Below are positions 12,362-24,759 of a stretch of DNA of 64,000 bases, in pieces. Position 1 is the stretch's first letter. The number at the start of each line of letters is the position of its first letter. The notes under the pieces were generated by a model. That model saw only the letters and a list, made by a program, of their open reading frames with translations. It did no database searches and was not told the origin of the DNA. This DNA comes from Pavona decussata. Taxonomy: Eukaryota. The translations under genes were made by a program, and so were the position numbers. The DNA is taken from the NCBI GenBank assembly GCA_977016875.1, contig CDRNST010000104.1:1-64000 (forward strand). The letters run 5' to 3'.

Positions 12362-14557
12362 TGTTGTCAGTAAGAACTCTCCAGGAGGTCGTTCAGTTTT
12401 GATTTGCGATATACCTCTTTGTTTGACCCTAGTTTCGCGCTAGGCGCTGGTGACCTAACGACTCCGAGACGTTTTACTGATTGTCAATACTGAGATTGAG
12501 TGTGAGTACAAGTAAAACTTTTAGCGGATTTATCTATCGGTGAATTTGCATATTATCCACTCACTAATGGATGTGGGAACTGATCGGCTGAATAAATAAA
12601 AGAAAAAAACAAAAAGAACAAATTGATGTAAAATTTAGTTAAAAACTTACCATGTTTACCTAACTCGTTTTACTGCTAACATGTTTGGATGAAAAAAAGT
12701 TCTTACCAGCGACATTTTAAACTTCATTAATAACTCATCAGGAAAGCTTACAAGATATCTGCGGTTTTAATGGCCATTTGTAAATCGCATACACATTTTT
12801 TTCCTGATTTCTGGGGGAAAAAACCTTTTTCATCTGATTCCATTCGGTCAGCTGAGAAATGACTTAGGCAACAACATTCACGGTTAGATATATGCGTGCC
12901 CTTAGCAGCGTAGAATGTATCAGAATATATAACTGTATTAAGAAACTTAAAAATAATTAAAAATTGTAAGTCAAGATATCATATCAGGCAGATAAAGTGT
13001 AAGATAGCCGTTATTTAGGCCACGAACAATATATGAGGTAATATTGTTGATCACTGAGGGTGAAGTCAAAATTAATGCATTACATCGCATATTAACGCTA
13101 AATCTCTCAATGTCTCTCTCCAGTTTCTCTTGTTACAGTTGACACAGCTGCATCAGACAAAATTCAAAGCTTAAAAGTTATTCGTGTCTTGGCGTTGCCA
13201 TTCGTCAGAAGGAAATTAGAGGTGGGCTGGAATACGAATAAATCAACCCTTATCACACGTCATATGTATTTTAGTTTTACTGTTGTACAATCAGCGAAAA
13301 AGGTTCGATATTTCGAAATATATGACAGCAGATCACGCACGCATATCATTGGTTAGGGAATGATCAAAAGCGCAAATAAATATGACAACCTACGTCTTTC
13401 TAATTTACTTACCCTAATGATTGAAAAAACTGCAAAAACGTTCAGGATTATGTGTTCAACAGCGAAGATCATGTACACGACTGAAACGAGAACTTAAAAT
13501 TACAGGAACTCGGCGCCATAGTGATTTCAAAAATGTTTATATTTCAAATCTCTTAAAAACATTAAAAAAAACGTTGTTCACTGACGTTAACCTCCCTGAA
13601 TTCATCAGGCTAACAACTACAATAGATCTCCAGCGCCGAATACACTGCTATAGCCCCTCACTGTTTTTCTGGCTTCTATCAATTGCACTTTCTTCCTGGT
13701 GGTACAGGAACACGCTTTCTCCGGCAACAGCAAACGATAGGACTGTGTCAGTCTAGGCTCAGGCCGGCCTTGTGGGGAATTCTAGCGATGAGCCCTCCCA
13801 CTCAAATCAAAACGGTATGACTCAAGCAGCAAACATTTCATTTATTCATACTTTTTATGTCCTAGTTATTTATGTTTCATAACTTTCAGATCTGCCGGTG
13901 TTATTTAATACTACTTGGGAGGAATAATCCAAGATCCAAGACTACTGACCGTCACGGTCCTTTCTATGTCATGATCAGCAAACAGTGCTAATGGTATTTC
14001 GCGATAGCAAACCCTAATTAAACGTTCTAAAGATGTATATTTCAATAAATAGACTTCAACAATGACGCGTCTTAATCTATCTTCTTGCTTCCTGGCGAGT
14101 ACGAGATCGAGATACTAAAGCAAAGGAAAGCGAGAAAAGGTGAACTGAGCGAAACGGCCTGCCTAGAATCTAAGTGGTGTTCTTGTGCAATTGTTGACAC
14201 CGCTTTTTCTCTAAGTAAGATGTAGGCTGTTTGGGGCAATACAAGACGCACCTCCCAACAATATGAAGTTTCATAGCACTATATGAAAGTGGCTTCAACC
14301 TGCCGGCTCTCGATGCTGTGAGATGAAATCTCGACATTAAAATATTTTCTTTGGCAATTAAAATTTCGGTCTTAACGAATTTACGGCCTTTTGTCAGAAG
14401 AGAAGGAGGGTAAACATAAGACAGGAAAAAGTAATTAACGTTTCTACCACGTCTTACATGCGAGGATTGTATATTGCTTTTTATTAATAACCACCTTTAC
14501 AGAGCAGGCTAAAGTTATGTTACTCCTTTAACTTCTAACATGATGCATATGGTGCTA

Positions 14558-15566
14558 TCAAAGCCTTGTATCGCAAACACGATGTTCCGCGTCTTGTCTG
14601 TTTTCATGAGCACAGCATTTAATTCGTTTCTTCAAAAGGTACTTGAATGTATCTCGATATTTTGGAAGCCTCCATGCGTACAAAAATGGATTCAACCCAG
14701 AATTTGCATGCACTAAATTGGCCGAGAGTGCATAAAACAGAACCACCAACGATAAATTAGGTTGGCATGACAAACAAAGATACATTATTATCTGCACGAT
14801 CAACCACGGCATGAAGCAGCGTAGGAATGCGCAAATGACAATGGCGATAGCCTTGGAGAGTTTTTTCTCTCTTTGAAATATCTGTTGACGGTTAGAGTTT
14901 GACTGTTCGTTCAACTGTCTTGCCGTCTTGGAATAGCTACGAAAGCGACAAAGCAGCACAAAGTACATCACTAACATACAAAGAAGAACGAGAAATATTT
15001 GCAAGTTGTAAAAGGTTCCCATTATGATGTAATGTTCGCATAACAGATAAAACGCACATCCACACAAGATGCAATAGATCCAGCAAGTTACTGTGGCCAT
15101 GCAGACTCGCTTATTTGTAACTTTAACTCGATAATGCAGTGGAGTCACCAATGCAAGGAGCCTGTCGATGGTGAGAAGAAACACGTGACCAATGCTAACT
15201 GGTGTTAAGAATCCACTGTCCACCAAGGGTAGGAATGTTGGATCTTTGTGGTAAAATACAGTGAAACCCAAATACACATTTACTGGGCAAATGAGCAAAC
15301 CAACTAAAAGATCAGCAATGGCCATTGATAAAAGAATATAGGTTGGAGGCGACGATCGAAGTTTTTTTAAAGGGTCTTTCAAAACAGATAGAATTACAAA
15401 TGAATTTCCAAACACGATGATAGGAGACATGACTATGGAAGGAACAGCATACGTTGCGGATACAGCCTTAGAATATCCCTCACCTAAACCCAGCCATGCG
15501 TTCTGTAAAGCCTCTTCGCTTGAAGTATTCCAATAGTTGAAGTAACCCAACACTGCACTGAGCCAT
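14558..15566 (-). pseudogene. Class A GPCR copy 5, frameshifted just after the homologous ATG
   Basis: The minus strand reads ATG GCT [CAGT] GCA GTG TTG GGT, 4 extra nt relative to the paralog-like MAAVLG. The ATG frame stops after 28 codons. The rest of the 7TM frame is open to CDTRL but has an Arg in TM6 (FLRCFMPW). Confidence 0.75.
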
Positions 15567-16206
15567 ATTGCAAAAACGAAACGGTTAATTACGGGTGTTT
15601 CAAATGAGGTATTCTTGCGATTTGCTCTTTTTTTTGTCAACCGTGGAGCGCAGCGCGCACGTTAGTGAATTCGGTAAAATCTGCATTCTAGTGTCATATC
15701 AATCTTAAAATTATTCGTTTTAAAATTTAATGAAATTTCCATAACAACAACTGAATCAGATCTTCTTGACGCTGCTGAGTACTTGAAGAGCCAGCAGCGT
15801 TTCGCAAATTGTTGTTTTGAATATTCAAGCTGTTATAAAGCTCTTCGTTCTCTAGCTATATCGGTTACCTGGCCGCTGGGTATAGTTGAAACACTAAGAA
15901 CACAAAAGATATGTAAATGAAAATAATAATAATTCATCTTAAATTTGCAATTTGTATGTTAAGCAAAGTGGCTTTCACACTTAAAAAGGTTTCAAAGAAA
16001 TCCTGACCATTAACATAGTTACTGCTGACGTAGTCTTGTCTTTGCTTTAAAAACAAACCAGCAAGCAAACAAGGAAAAAGAAACAAGACCAAGTTACTGA
16101 AAAGATTCAGTATTGACGCTGGCCTTTTTATTCTTCGATTAAAAGAAGCTGGTGTTTTCAAACACACACAAACACAAACTCCATTAAGCGAACACACCCA
16201 GATCAA

Positions 16207-16334
16207 ATGAATGTAAATATATGAAACATAATTTTCAACTGCGGATGAAAGATAAAATAGAAGAAAGATCTTCGCAGTTAGTACGCAGCTTAACCAGTTG
16301 CGAAAAGAAAGCCTGGAAAAAATTCAGGCTTGAT

Positions 16335-16379
<45 letters not shown>

Positions 16380-16442
16380 CCAACTGAGCTATGAACCCAT
16401 GACCTCTGCGATGTCGGTGCAGTGCTCTACCAACTGAGCTAT

Positions 16443-16479
<37 letters not shown>

Positions 16480-16530
16480 CCAACTGAGCTATGAACCCAT
16501 GACCTCTGTGATGCCGATGCAGTGCTCTGC
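16207..16530 (-). mobile_element. tRNA-derived SINE-like repeat, left part, with a 50-bp internal tandem amplification
   Basis: Minus strand A-box TAGCTCAGTTGG and B-box GGTTCGAATCC. The 50-bp unit starts at 16343, 16393, 16443 and 16493. The sequence resumes at 23324 (CAACTGAGCTAT). Confidence 0.8.
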
Positions 16531-16991
16531 GACCTGTCACGATAGGAAATCGCCCCCTTCCTCAAACTAGGAAAGATATCTCGTTATCACTCAATGATCA
16601 TTTAGAATAGCAAGCAGCTACCACAATAACCAACAATAGAGCATGTGTAATTTCAATAGAACGTCCAGTTACTAATCGGAACCTTAAATCACACGTCCTT
16701 TCAATAGATTGTCCGGTTACTAATGGAACATTTTGTACATTAGAACATATGGTCGATATTTATCTGGGCAGTATTTTTGCATTTCAACAGAACAGTAGCC
16801 TCCCACGCAGTGGTTTTTAGAGGACTCGTATTGCCTCCTTCCCACAAACGCCAGCTGCTCAACCAAGTGCTACATTCCTTTCCCATTTTCCTATTGTTTT
16901 ACTCCCCAAGCACCCTAGCCAATCACCATCGAGGCATATAACCCGGGAGTGAAAGCAAGGGGAACAGAGCGCGTGCGTTGTGACCTTCGCC

Positions 16992-19900
16992 ATGTCGGAT
17001 GTCAAAAAGAAAATTCTGGAGAGCTCAGGGCTCAGAGTTCACGTTCGTAAATGAATGAACGATGCGAAGGAGTTACTCAACAAAGGCGATATGGAAAGCA
17101 TCCGACTGAAGCTGAAGTCGCAAAAGATTAACCAGGAAAAACATCAGAAGGAAATTGCATCGCTTGATCAAGAAATCGCAGAATTATTGGAAGCCGACGC
17201 AATCGAAAAGGAAATCCTAGAGCGCTGCGAGTTTAACGCATCGCTACAAGAAACGATCTTATTGATCACCTTATGTTTTTCGCTCCTAAGCAGGAAGCGA
17301 ATGATGTCGAAGAAACGGTGACATTTTTTTGCCATCGGCGAGTCCGCAAGGATCTTTCCCTGCTCAAAATGGTGTGAAGGGCACAAACAAGGCAAAGCTA
17401 CCGTACTCACGTTACCTAAGTTTACAGGGAATGCTACAAAATGGACAACATTTTGGGACAGGTTTTCATCCGCAATTCACACGAGTGAGGTTCTGAATGA
17501 AGTCGAAAAATATTAGTATTTGAAATCATTATTGGAGGGCGCTGCAGCCGAAACCATTTCTGGTTTACCTCTCACAAGCTCAAATTACAGCCATGCAGTC
17601 GATCTCCTAAACAAGCGGTTCGGAAGCAAAGAAGTTATCAGGGAGCTTAAGCATCGACGACGAATGAGACGACGACGACAGAAGTATGACGTCATGTCTG
17701 TAAAGAGTGGGTAGCGGGTTTCGTTCTCGGCGGGAAAAATAAAAACTTAAGCAAAAGCCCCAAACGAAGACGACCTGAAACCTCTCGTTCGAATATGTCG
17801 TTTAGAGATATGCGGACTCTTCTTCTCCGGATGCAAAACGATGGTGCGATTGATGATGAAGAATTCATATTACTGTATCTTCGAGCAAACTATCCATTTC
17901 TGATATTTCCACATGAATACCTGACGCTTTCTCCTCGTCCCGTAATTTTTGGGCTTGTTTTGCAGTCAAGAGAGAGTACCTGTCACGGACAGCTCTGGCA
18001 GAGACTCTGAACTTTGGCTGGTCAATGGCATTCAGCCGCTGGGCAATAGCTTCCCAAACCTTTCCCCTTTCCGGGCTCCTCGGTTTGAAATTAAACGGTT
18101 CCAAGACAAGAACTTCACCACACATGATGACATCGTGCTCCGTTGACCACTGAAAATATTTGTTCCTGTTCGATAATAGAAAAATAGAACTTTAGGGCCA
18201 AATTTTTAGCAACCTTAAGCAACAATTTACTTCACTAATAGCTGATGTAAGTTAGTGGCAAACTACCGAAGAATGACATCTGCAAAGCCCTGATACTTAC
18301 CCTTTCTTCGAAGTGTCTTGCGAAGAAGCCATGTTGGATTTCCTGAAAAAATACACCCGTAGGTGGCGCGTTCACAGAATAAGTTATAAATAACAAAATG
18401 CGATAAAAACAGGCTTTATCAACCAATAACGAATCAAATAATCCATACAAAATAAAGGCAGAGTATACACCGAGTTTTCGCGAGTTTAAACAGGTTATTA
18501 CTTACGTTTTCGAGAGAACGCCAACTCACTCAAAATTCAGTCGTCGACGTACGCACGACGACGGCTTGACTGAGACTGACATGCGCAGTTCATTCAAAGC
18601 ATCACGAATTTACTTCCGGCCCGTCGTCGTCCTGTCGTTTGTCGTCGATGCTTAAGCTCCCTATCATTTCTAAACACATCGAGATGTTAATGCAGCTACC
18701 AAAAGTGAATAATACTGGTGATCTTAAACAATTGCGGCAATTGTTGGACAAAACAAAGTCGGCTGTTCGAAGTTTGCAAGGAATCGGAATTTCCATTGAC
18801 ACGTACGGAACATTCCTAACCCCAGTGATCATGGCGAAAATTCCTCAAGGGTTGCGTTTGATTTTGAGTCGTGGTATGAGCGACGAGTGGGACCTTGACA
18901 CATCAATAAAGTCGTTTGCAGAGAAGTTACAGGTACAACAAAGGTGTGTTCTCGGTCCAGTGACAGATCAGTCGAAAATGAGGGAAAAACGAGAGTTTGG
19001 ATATGGATTACGGTTCGGTCAAAATAAGAGACCCCCTCACGTCTTCGACACTTGTTTCATACAGCGACAGGCCTCAAGAACATAAGGAAATGTCGTGTAC
19101 TTTCTGCAATGGACAACATCCTTCGACAAAATGCGCTGTTGTTACGGAACCAGAAGCGAAGAAAAAAATTCTCCGCCAAAAAGGGCGATGTTTTGGTTGT
19201 TTGAGGAGTGGTGATGTGAGCCGGGATTGCCAAGCCAGATGTTATATTTGTGGCGGGAAGCATCATGTATCGCTATGCAGCGTGCAAAACTTTTCACCAT
19301 AGTTCACGCAAGCAAGAAGAACCACTCAGGAACAAACTGTAAGTACAAATTTGTATTGCACTCAAGATGTTAAGAATTATTCTGTTTTGCTGCAAACTGC
19401 CACATCGAGGGTCGGAAATCCTAATGGAGAAAATTCTTGCCATGTGAGGGGTCTCATTGATTCATAAGTACACGGTTGAGGAACAAGTTAGGCCTGCCCT
19501 CATTTGGAAGTGAAACAGTTCTGATTAAGACGCTCGGAAACAATGAAGCCTCATTGAAGAAATGTGACATTGTTCAATTCGCACTGGAATGCCAAGATCA
19601 GTTGAAAGTGTTTGTCAATGCTTATGAAGTTGAACTGATTTGTGGACCCATAGCCAACCAGACCATTGAGATTGCACAGCAAAGTTACCCTCATCTACAA
19701 GGCTTACCCCTTGCTATGATTGGTGCTGATTATTACTGGTCCATTGTCCAGAACCATGCGGTATGGGGGCAGTGACATGGACCTGTAGCGGTTCGTACAA
19801 GGCTGGGTTATGTTTTAGCAGATGCATTGTAGAGCTCACCAAGTGTTAACATGTTGCATGTTATGAAGACAGAGTGTTAAGTAGTTGAAGAAGACTTAAA

Positions 19901-22896
19901 GTCAGTTGACGTCTCTCTGAAAGAAGAACTGAACAAGTTTTGGGACTATGATACTCCTGGAGTGAACTGATAGAGAAGAAGAATTCTATGAAGATTATCT
20001 TGCCAAAGTAAAGTTCTTCCCTTTAAGGAAGAACACCCTACAATTCCAGACAACTACTTGGTAGCACAAAAACGCCTCAGCTCCTCATTAGCAAGATTGA
20101 AGTCCAAGCCTGACATACTACAACAGTATGATGATGTCATTAAGGATCAACTGAACTCTGGTGTTGTAGAATTGGTTGACAAGAGTCTTGATCAAGACGT
20201 CATACCAGAAACTGTGCATAATATTCCTCATAAGGAAGTCGTGAAGGGAGACAGAACTACTACCAAACTACGAATAGTGTATGATGCTAGTGCTAAATCT
20301 CAGAGTGAACCAAGTCTGAATGACTATCTACTCCCTGGTCCAGCCTTAACACCATTGATCTTTGACATTCTCCTACGATTTCGTCTCCACAGAGTTGCAT
20401 CGATTGGTGACTTGGAGAAAGCATTTTTAAATGTTGGAGTGAATCCTAAACAGAGGAATTTGTTAAGGTTCTTGTGGATAAGTGACATCAGTTCCTTGAA
20501 TCCAGAAGTCATTATCTTTAGATTCACGCGGCTTGTGTTTGGCCTTGTCTGTTCACCATTCATTTTGAATGTAACCCTGAGAAATCATTTAAGCAAGTAT
20601 GAGAACATTGATCCATGCTTTGTGAACACTGTTGTCAGAGCTCTATATGTGGATGACTTTGGATCCGGAAACGATTCAGTAAAGGACTGCTTCGAACTGC
20701 ACGGAAAATTGAAGTTGTGATTCAGAGAAGGAGCTTTCAACATGCGAAAATGTGCATCGAGCAACGAAGAACTCAATCACTTGATTGAGAAGGAGGAAGT
20801 TAACCTGTCATCATCAACTCAGCCACCTTCGGAAACCAGACCTCATCAAAGTGATGGGAGTCCCATGGGATAGGATACAAGAGAGCTTTAAGTTTGATTT
20901 TGCAACCTTTGCTACGCAAGCATTGGATGGAACACTGACATAGCGGAAACCGTTGAGCATCACTGCTCGATTTTGTGATCCATTAGGCTTGCTGTCACCA
21001 GTTATGTTGCCCTTGAAGTGTATGCTTCAAGAGATATGTCAGCTTAAGATTGGCTGGGATGAGGCCCTGCCAGAAGAACTCTGTTTAAAGTGGAACGAAG
21101 TAGCAGAAGACATGTTGAGCGTTTCAGTGATTCGTGTCCCTCGCTGTGTCCTAGATGGGATAGAAGCAGAAGATGTCACGTCGATTCAGCTACACGGCTT
21201 TGCAGACGCGAGTAGTGACAACCTCTAATGTCAGCTATTCGCAGCTGTTAGCCTCTAAAATTAGGGTGACACCCTTGAAGGGGGAAACAATTCCTAGATT
21301 GGAATTGATGGCAGCATTGACTCTAGCAAACCTGATGACAGCTGTTTACAAGGCATTGGCTTGTTCCGTCAAGATTGATGCTGTGTTCAATTGGATTGAT
21401 TTTCAAATCGTATGGTGGTGGATTAATGAAGAGTCAAAACAATTCAAGCAGTTTGTGTAGAATCGAGTGACAAAGATTCGAAGTCTCTGCAGTAAAGGAC
21501 ATTGGCGATATTGGCCTTCTGAACTTAACACAAGTGACATTGCCTCGTGAGGAACTAAAAGTTCCGATCTTGTATCCAATGAGCTATGGTGGAGAGGAGC
21601 ACCATTTCTAGAGAAGGAGAAGGATCAATGGCCAAGCCCACCTTATTGTCCTGTTGGTGAAGGCACCCTTTCAGAAGGAGCTACAGGGAAATAGAAGAAA
21701 GAAGATGCAGATGGAATCTCACGAGTAATGACCGTATTAGTCCAAGCCCCTGAAAACTTCTCTGAAGCCGTCCAACCAGAGAGATTTAGCAGTCTCAGCA
21801 AGCTTATCAGAGTAACCGCCCTTGTATTGAAATTCATCAGACGGATTGAAAGAGTTCCAGAAATGCATTAAATGTTAGTTCACAGGAAATGAATGCCGCA
21901 AAAATTCTCTGGTACAAAGACGTTCAAGGGAAACTTGATGAAAGGGAAAGATCTAGTTCGACTTGGGAACAGTTAGGAATCTTTAAAGATGAAGATGGAG
22001 TATTGCGATGCAAGGAAGGATTCAGAATTCCTCACTTCCATACTCAGCTAAGTTTCCAGTCCTGTTACCTAAAAAGCAGCACTTCACAAGATTAGTAATT
22101 GCACAAAGTTATGAAAACGTGAAACACAATGGGGTTAGAGAAACTCTCACTGAAACTCGGGCACAGTTCTGGATAATCAAAGGACGACAAGCTGTGAAGG
22201 ATGTACTCTCTAAGTGCATTACATGTAAGAAGAAACTTAAGGGAGAACCAAGAAGAGCCATTCAAAGCGGTGACCTTGTGCACGTATATGCAGACAAAAC
22301 ACCTAGACAGCAGTGGAGAATGGGGAAAGTAGAGAACCTGTTGCGAGGAAGAGACAACGTTTGTTCGCGCCGCCGAAGTGGCGACAGTAGACAAATCGCT
22401 TAGCAGGATTCGTATCAAACGTCCAATTCAGAAGCTCTGTCCTCCTGAAGTTAATGTGTTTGATGACGGAGCAGCTGATATGGGAGCTGTCCAGTGTGAC
22501 AAAGCAAGGAACGTTTGTGTAGTCAGAGATGAAGATATTCCAATTGTGGTTACTGCACCTTAACTGTCAGATCTAAAACTGTGAACATTGGACTGAATTT
22601 AAAGAGTTATCTTTACAGTTTCGACTTATGATTGACTCCTTCAATCAAGGGGGAGTGTGTTGGAAACGAGTAAGAACTGGAACTAGTTAAATTCGCACGC
22701 GATCATTTTGTAATCGGATTTCTCGGATTATTCTTGTTTTGAGTGTGACTCTCGAAGGAACTCTGGAACATTACTCAGGCTTCTAAATGTAGCGGAATGT
22801 ATCTTGTACGTCGTGAGTAGCGGAATTCTTTCTCAAGGAATGTTATCATGTAAATCTTCGAGTTTATCAAGTTAAAGAGTTTGGTCAAATACAACA
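16992..22896 (+). mobile_element. Degenerate BEL/Pao LTR retrotransposon (gag-PR-RT-RH-IN remnants plus 3' LTR)
   Basis: Gag LKSLLEG..A and zinc knuckles (CTFC..H..C, CFGC, CYIC..HH..LC); protease region VLLQTA; RT KLRIVYDASAK and YVDD; RNase H LHGFADAS and IPRLEL; integrase Zn region FWIIKGRQ..CITC joined directly to the C-terminal GDLVHV..PRQQW (core deleted). PPT AAGGGGGAG, then LTR TGTTG...CAACA at 22658-22896. Many stops and frameshifts; no 5' LTR seen. Confidence 0.92.
17640..18662. mobile_element. Internally deleted PIF/Harbinger-type transposon nested in BEL gag
   Basis: 22-bp perfect TIR AGGGAGCTTAAGCATCGACGAC and a 3-bp TSD ATC/ATC. Convergent ORF remnants: a putative transposase N-terminus (MSFRDMR...[10 protein letters not shown], +) and a Myb/SANT-like protein (WSTEHD...RGKVWEAIA...VRDRY, -). 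Gag reads through (EVI|IISKH) when the element is removed. Confidence 0.88.
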
Positions 22897-23323
22897 TATA
22901 CCACGATGAACAACAACAACAACCTCTTTCTCGACAAAGCTTGTATTAGTTGTGAAGTATCTACGAGGTTGACTGTCACTCTGCAACTAATAAAGTTGCT
23001 TTGTCCAAAAAGACCTCTCCTTTTGCTGTCTGTTTTCGCCATGGAACGAAGAAGCTAGACCTTGTACCTCTGGCAATTTGTTACAAGTGCCGGCTGCCAA
23101 GCTAGTTTGCTCTGCCGATTTTCTTCCCCGTATTCCGCGCTAGCAGAGCCTGTTGCTAGTTTTCGGTCCACGCACCGATCACAAGTAATTCGCAAGTAAT
23201 ATTTGCTCGCCCCCGAGTACCGGTAAAGTCGCCGAGATAAGCCAAACTCTTCTCACTACGCCGGCAAAATAGCCAAAAACCTATCGTTACATTTGTCCGC
23301 CACGTTACATTCGTATCGTTACA

Positions 23324-23632
23324 CAACTGAGCTATCAAGCCAACTGGGAGCTGTTCATATTGTGAGTTCGTAATATACCCGTGAAGGATGAATAAATGAA
23401 TGTAAACATATGAAAGATATATTTTGAACTGCGGATGAAAGATCAAATACAAGAAAGATCCTTGCAGTTATAGTACGTAACTTAAGCAGTTGTCGAAAGC
23501 GGGAAAGTGATCTTTCATTCGCAGTTCAAAATATATGTCTCATATATTTACATTCATTTATTAATACTTCACGGGTATATTACGAACTCACAATATGACC
23601 AGCTCCCAGTTGGCTTAATAGCTAAGTTGGTC

Positions 23633-23674
<42 letters not shown>

Positions 23675-23740
23675 TTTCAAGCCTGAATTGTTTTCAGGCT
23701 TTCTTTTCGGAACTGCTTAAGTTGCGTACTAACTGCAAAC
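23324..23740. mobile_element. Two inverted copies of the tRNA-derived SINE-like repeat
   Basis: ~23324-23445 is the reverse complement of ~23509-23630. A tRNA-like head lies on + at ~23612-23684 (GGCTTAATAGCTAAGTTGG...GGTTCGAATCCC). Confidence 0.8.
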
Positions 23741-24193
23741 ATCTAGATCAGTTGATAAAAGGATCATTTCTCCACGTATAATAAAAAATTCACCGTCAAA
23801 AAAGACTGAGGGAAGTCAATGAATAAACGAAATCTGAGGTGACAAAATCTGAACAGTGATTCTCATGTTTTTAGTCTCTTATTGTGGTGGACCGCATTTA
23901 CAAGAGATCATTCTCTCTAGACAATTGGTATTCTGTTGTAAGCATATATAAATTCTAACTAATTTTTTTGGAAGCTCAATATCGAATCCTTATGAAACAA
24001 AAGATCTCCTATTTTCATTGTGTTATCAAAAAGTTGCCACAACGAAGTTAAACAATACAACTATTTTTTAGTTGTTTATGAGATGTAATCGAACGTGTTA
24101 ATTAATGTACTTTTGTGAGGATTTGTTAAACACAGTACTAGTGAGGAGCAGTGACACAGCAACGGAATCTTGTTTACTCCGTCAAGGTTTATT

Positions 24194-24236
24194 CTCCGAC
24201 TGGTTTCGTCTGATAACTACAGACTTCATCAGGGAG
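24194..24236 (-). ncRNA. Minimal type I hammerhead ribozyme motif (Penelope-type)
   Basis: Minus strand CTCC-CTGATGA-A-GTCTG(TAGTTAT)CAGAC-GAAAC-CA-GTC-GGAG: intact core, stems I and II, very short stem III, GUC cleavage triplet. Confidence 0.75.
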
Positions 24237-24606
24237 TTTGAAACAAGATTACATGCGGAACTTATTTATACATAATTTTTACAACACAAATGACGTTTTC
24301 GTAACCTCTGTGTGAACAACAGAACAACCGGAAGAAATACGTGCAGGATATGACTAAAATCCTGCGTAGAATGTGTGATGCTTAATTTTGGGACTCACGG
24401 ATTTAACGTAATTTGCTTAAATTTCCTTGTTGGTTGTCTCTGATCAGTTGTGCTTCTTATTGCGAGTTTTGCTTGGCAACCGCAACAACCCTCCAAAAGG
24501 ATTAAATATTATCCCGTACTGCTAGTTCTTCTCGTACCATCTGCTTTATCCTTGCTCTGCCCAGTCTTCCGCTCCTAAGCTATACGATAGTTCCTTTTTT
24601 CTAGTA

Positions 24607-24759
24607 CAGTCAAACCCTGTTATTACGGACACTGTTGGGACCAGAAAAAGTGTCCTTATCAAGAGGGCTAATATTAAGGAAAATGTGTCAGGTGGGACCA
24701 AGAAAACTGTCCGTAATAACGAGTATCGTCCGTATTAAGCAGGTGTCCGGGTTCCACTG
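24607..24759. mobile_element. Tc1/pogo-like MITE
   Basis: TA|CAGTCAAACCC...GGGTTCCACTG|TA. Confidence 0.7.

Larger units (their letters stand above)
16535..23323. mobile_element. Probable solo LTR (Gypsy-like ends) split by later insertions; pieces ~16535-16795 and ~22897-23323
   Basis: The termini TGTCACGATA... and ...TATCGTTACA form an inverted pair and sit at the SINE breakpoints. AATAAA near 22989. Confidence 0.55.

Noticed and set aside
16343-16530. CRISPR-like array
   Set aside because: Head-to-tail 50-bp units with no unique spacers and no cas genes; derived from a SINE head.
23612-23684. Functional tRNA gene
   Set aside because: Mismatched acceptor and anticodon stems, and it is embedded in a longer repeated unit; a SINE-like pseudo-tRNA.
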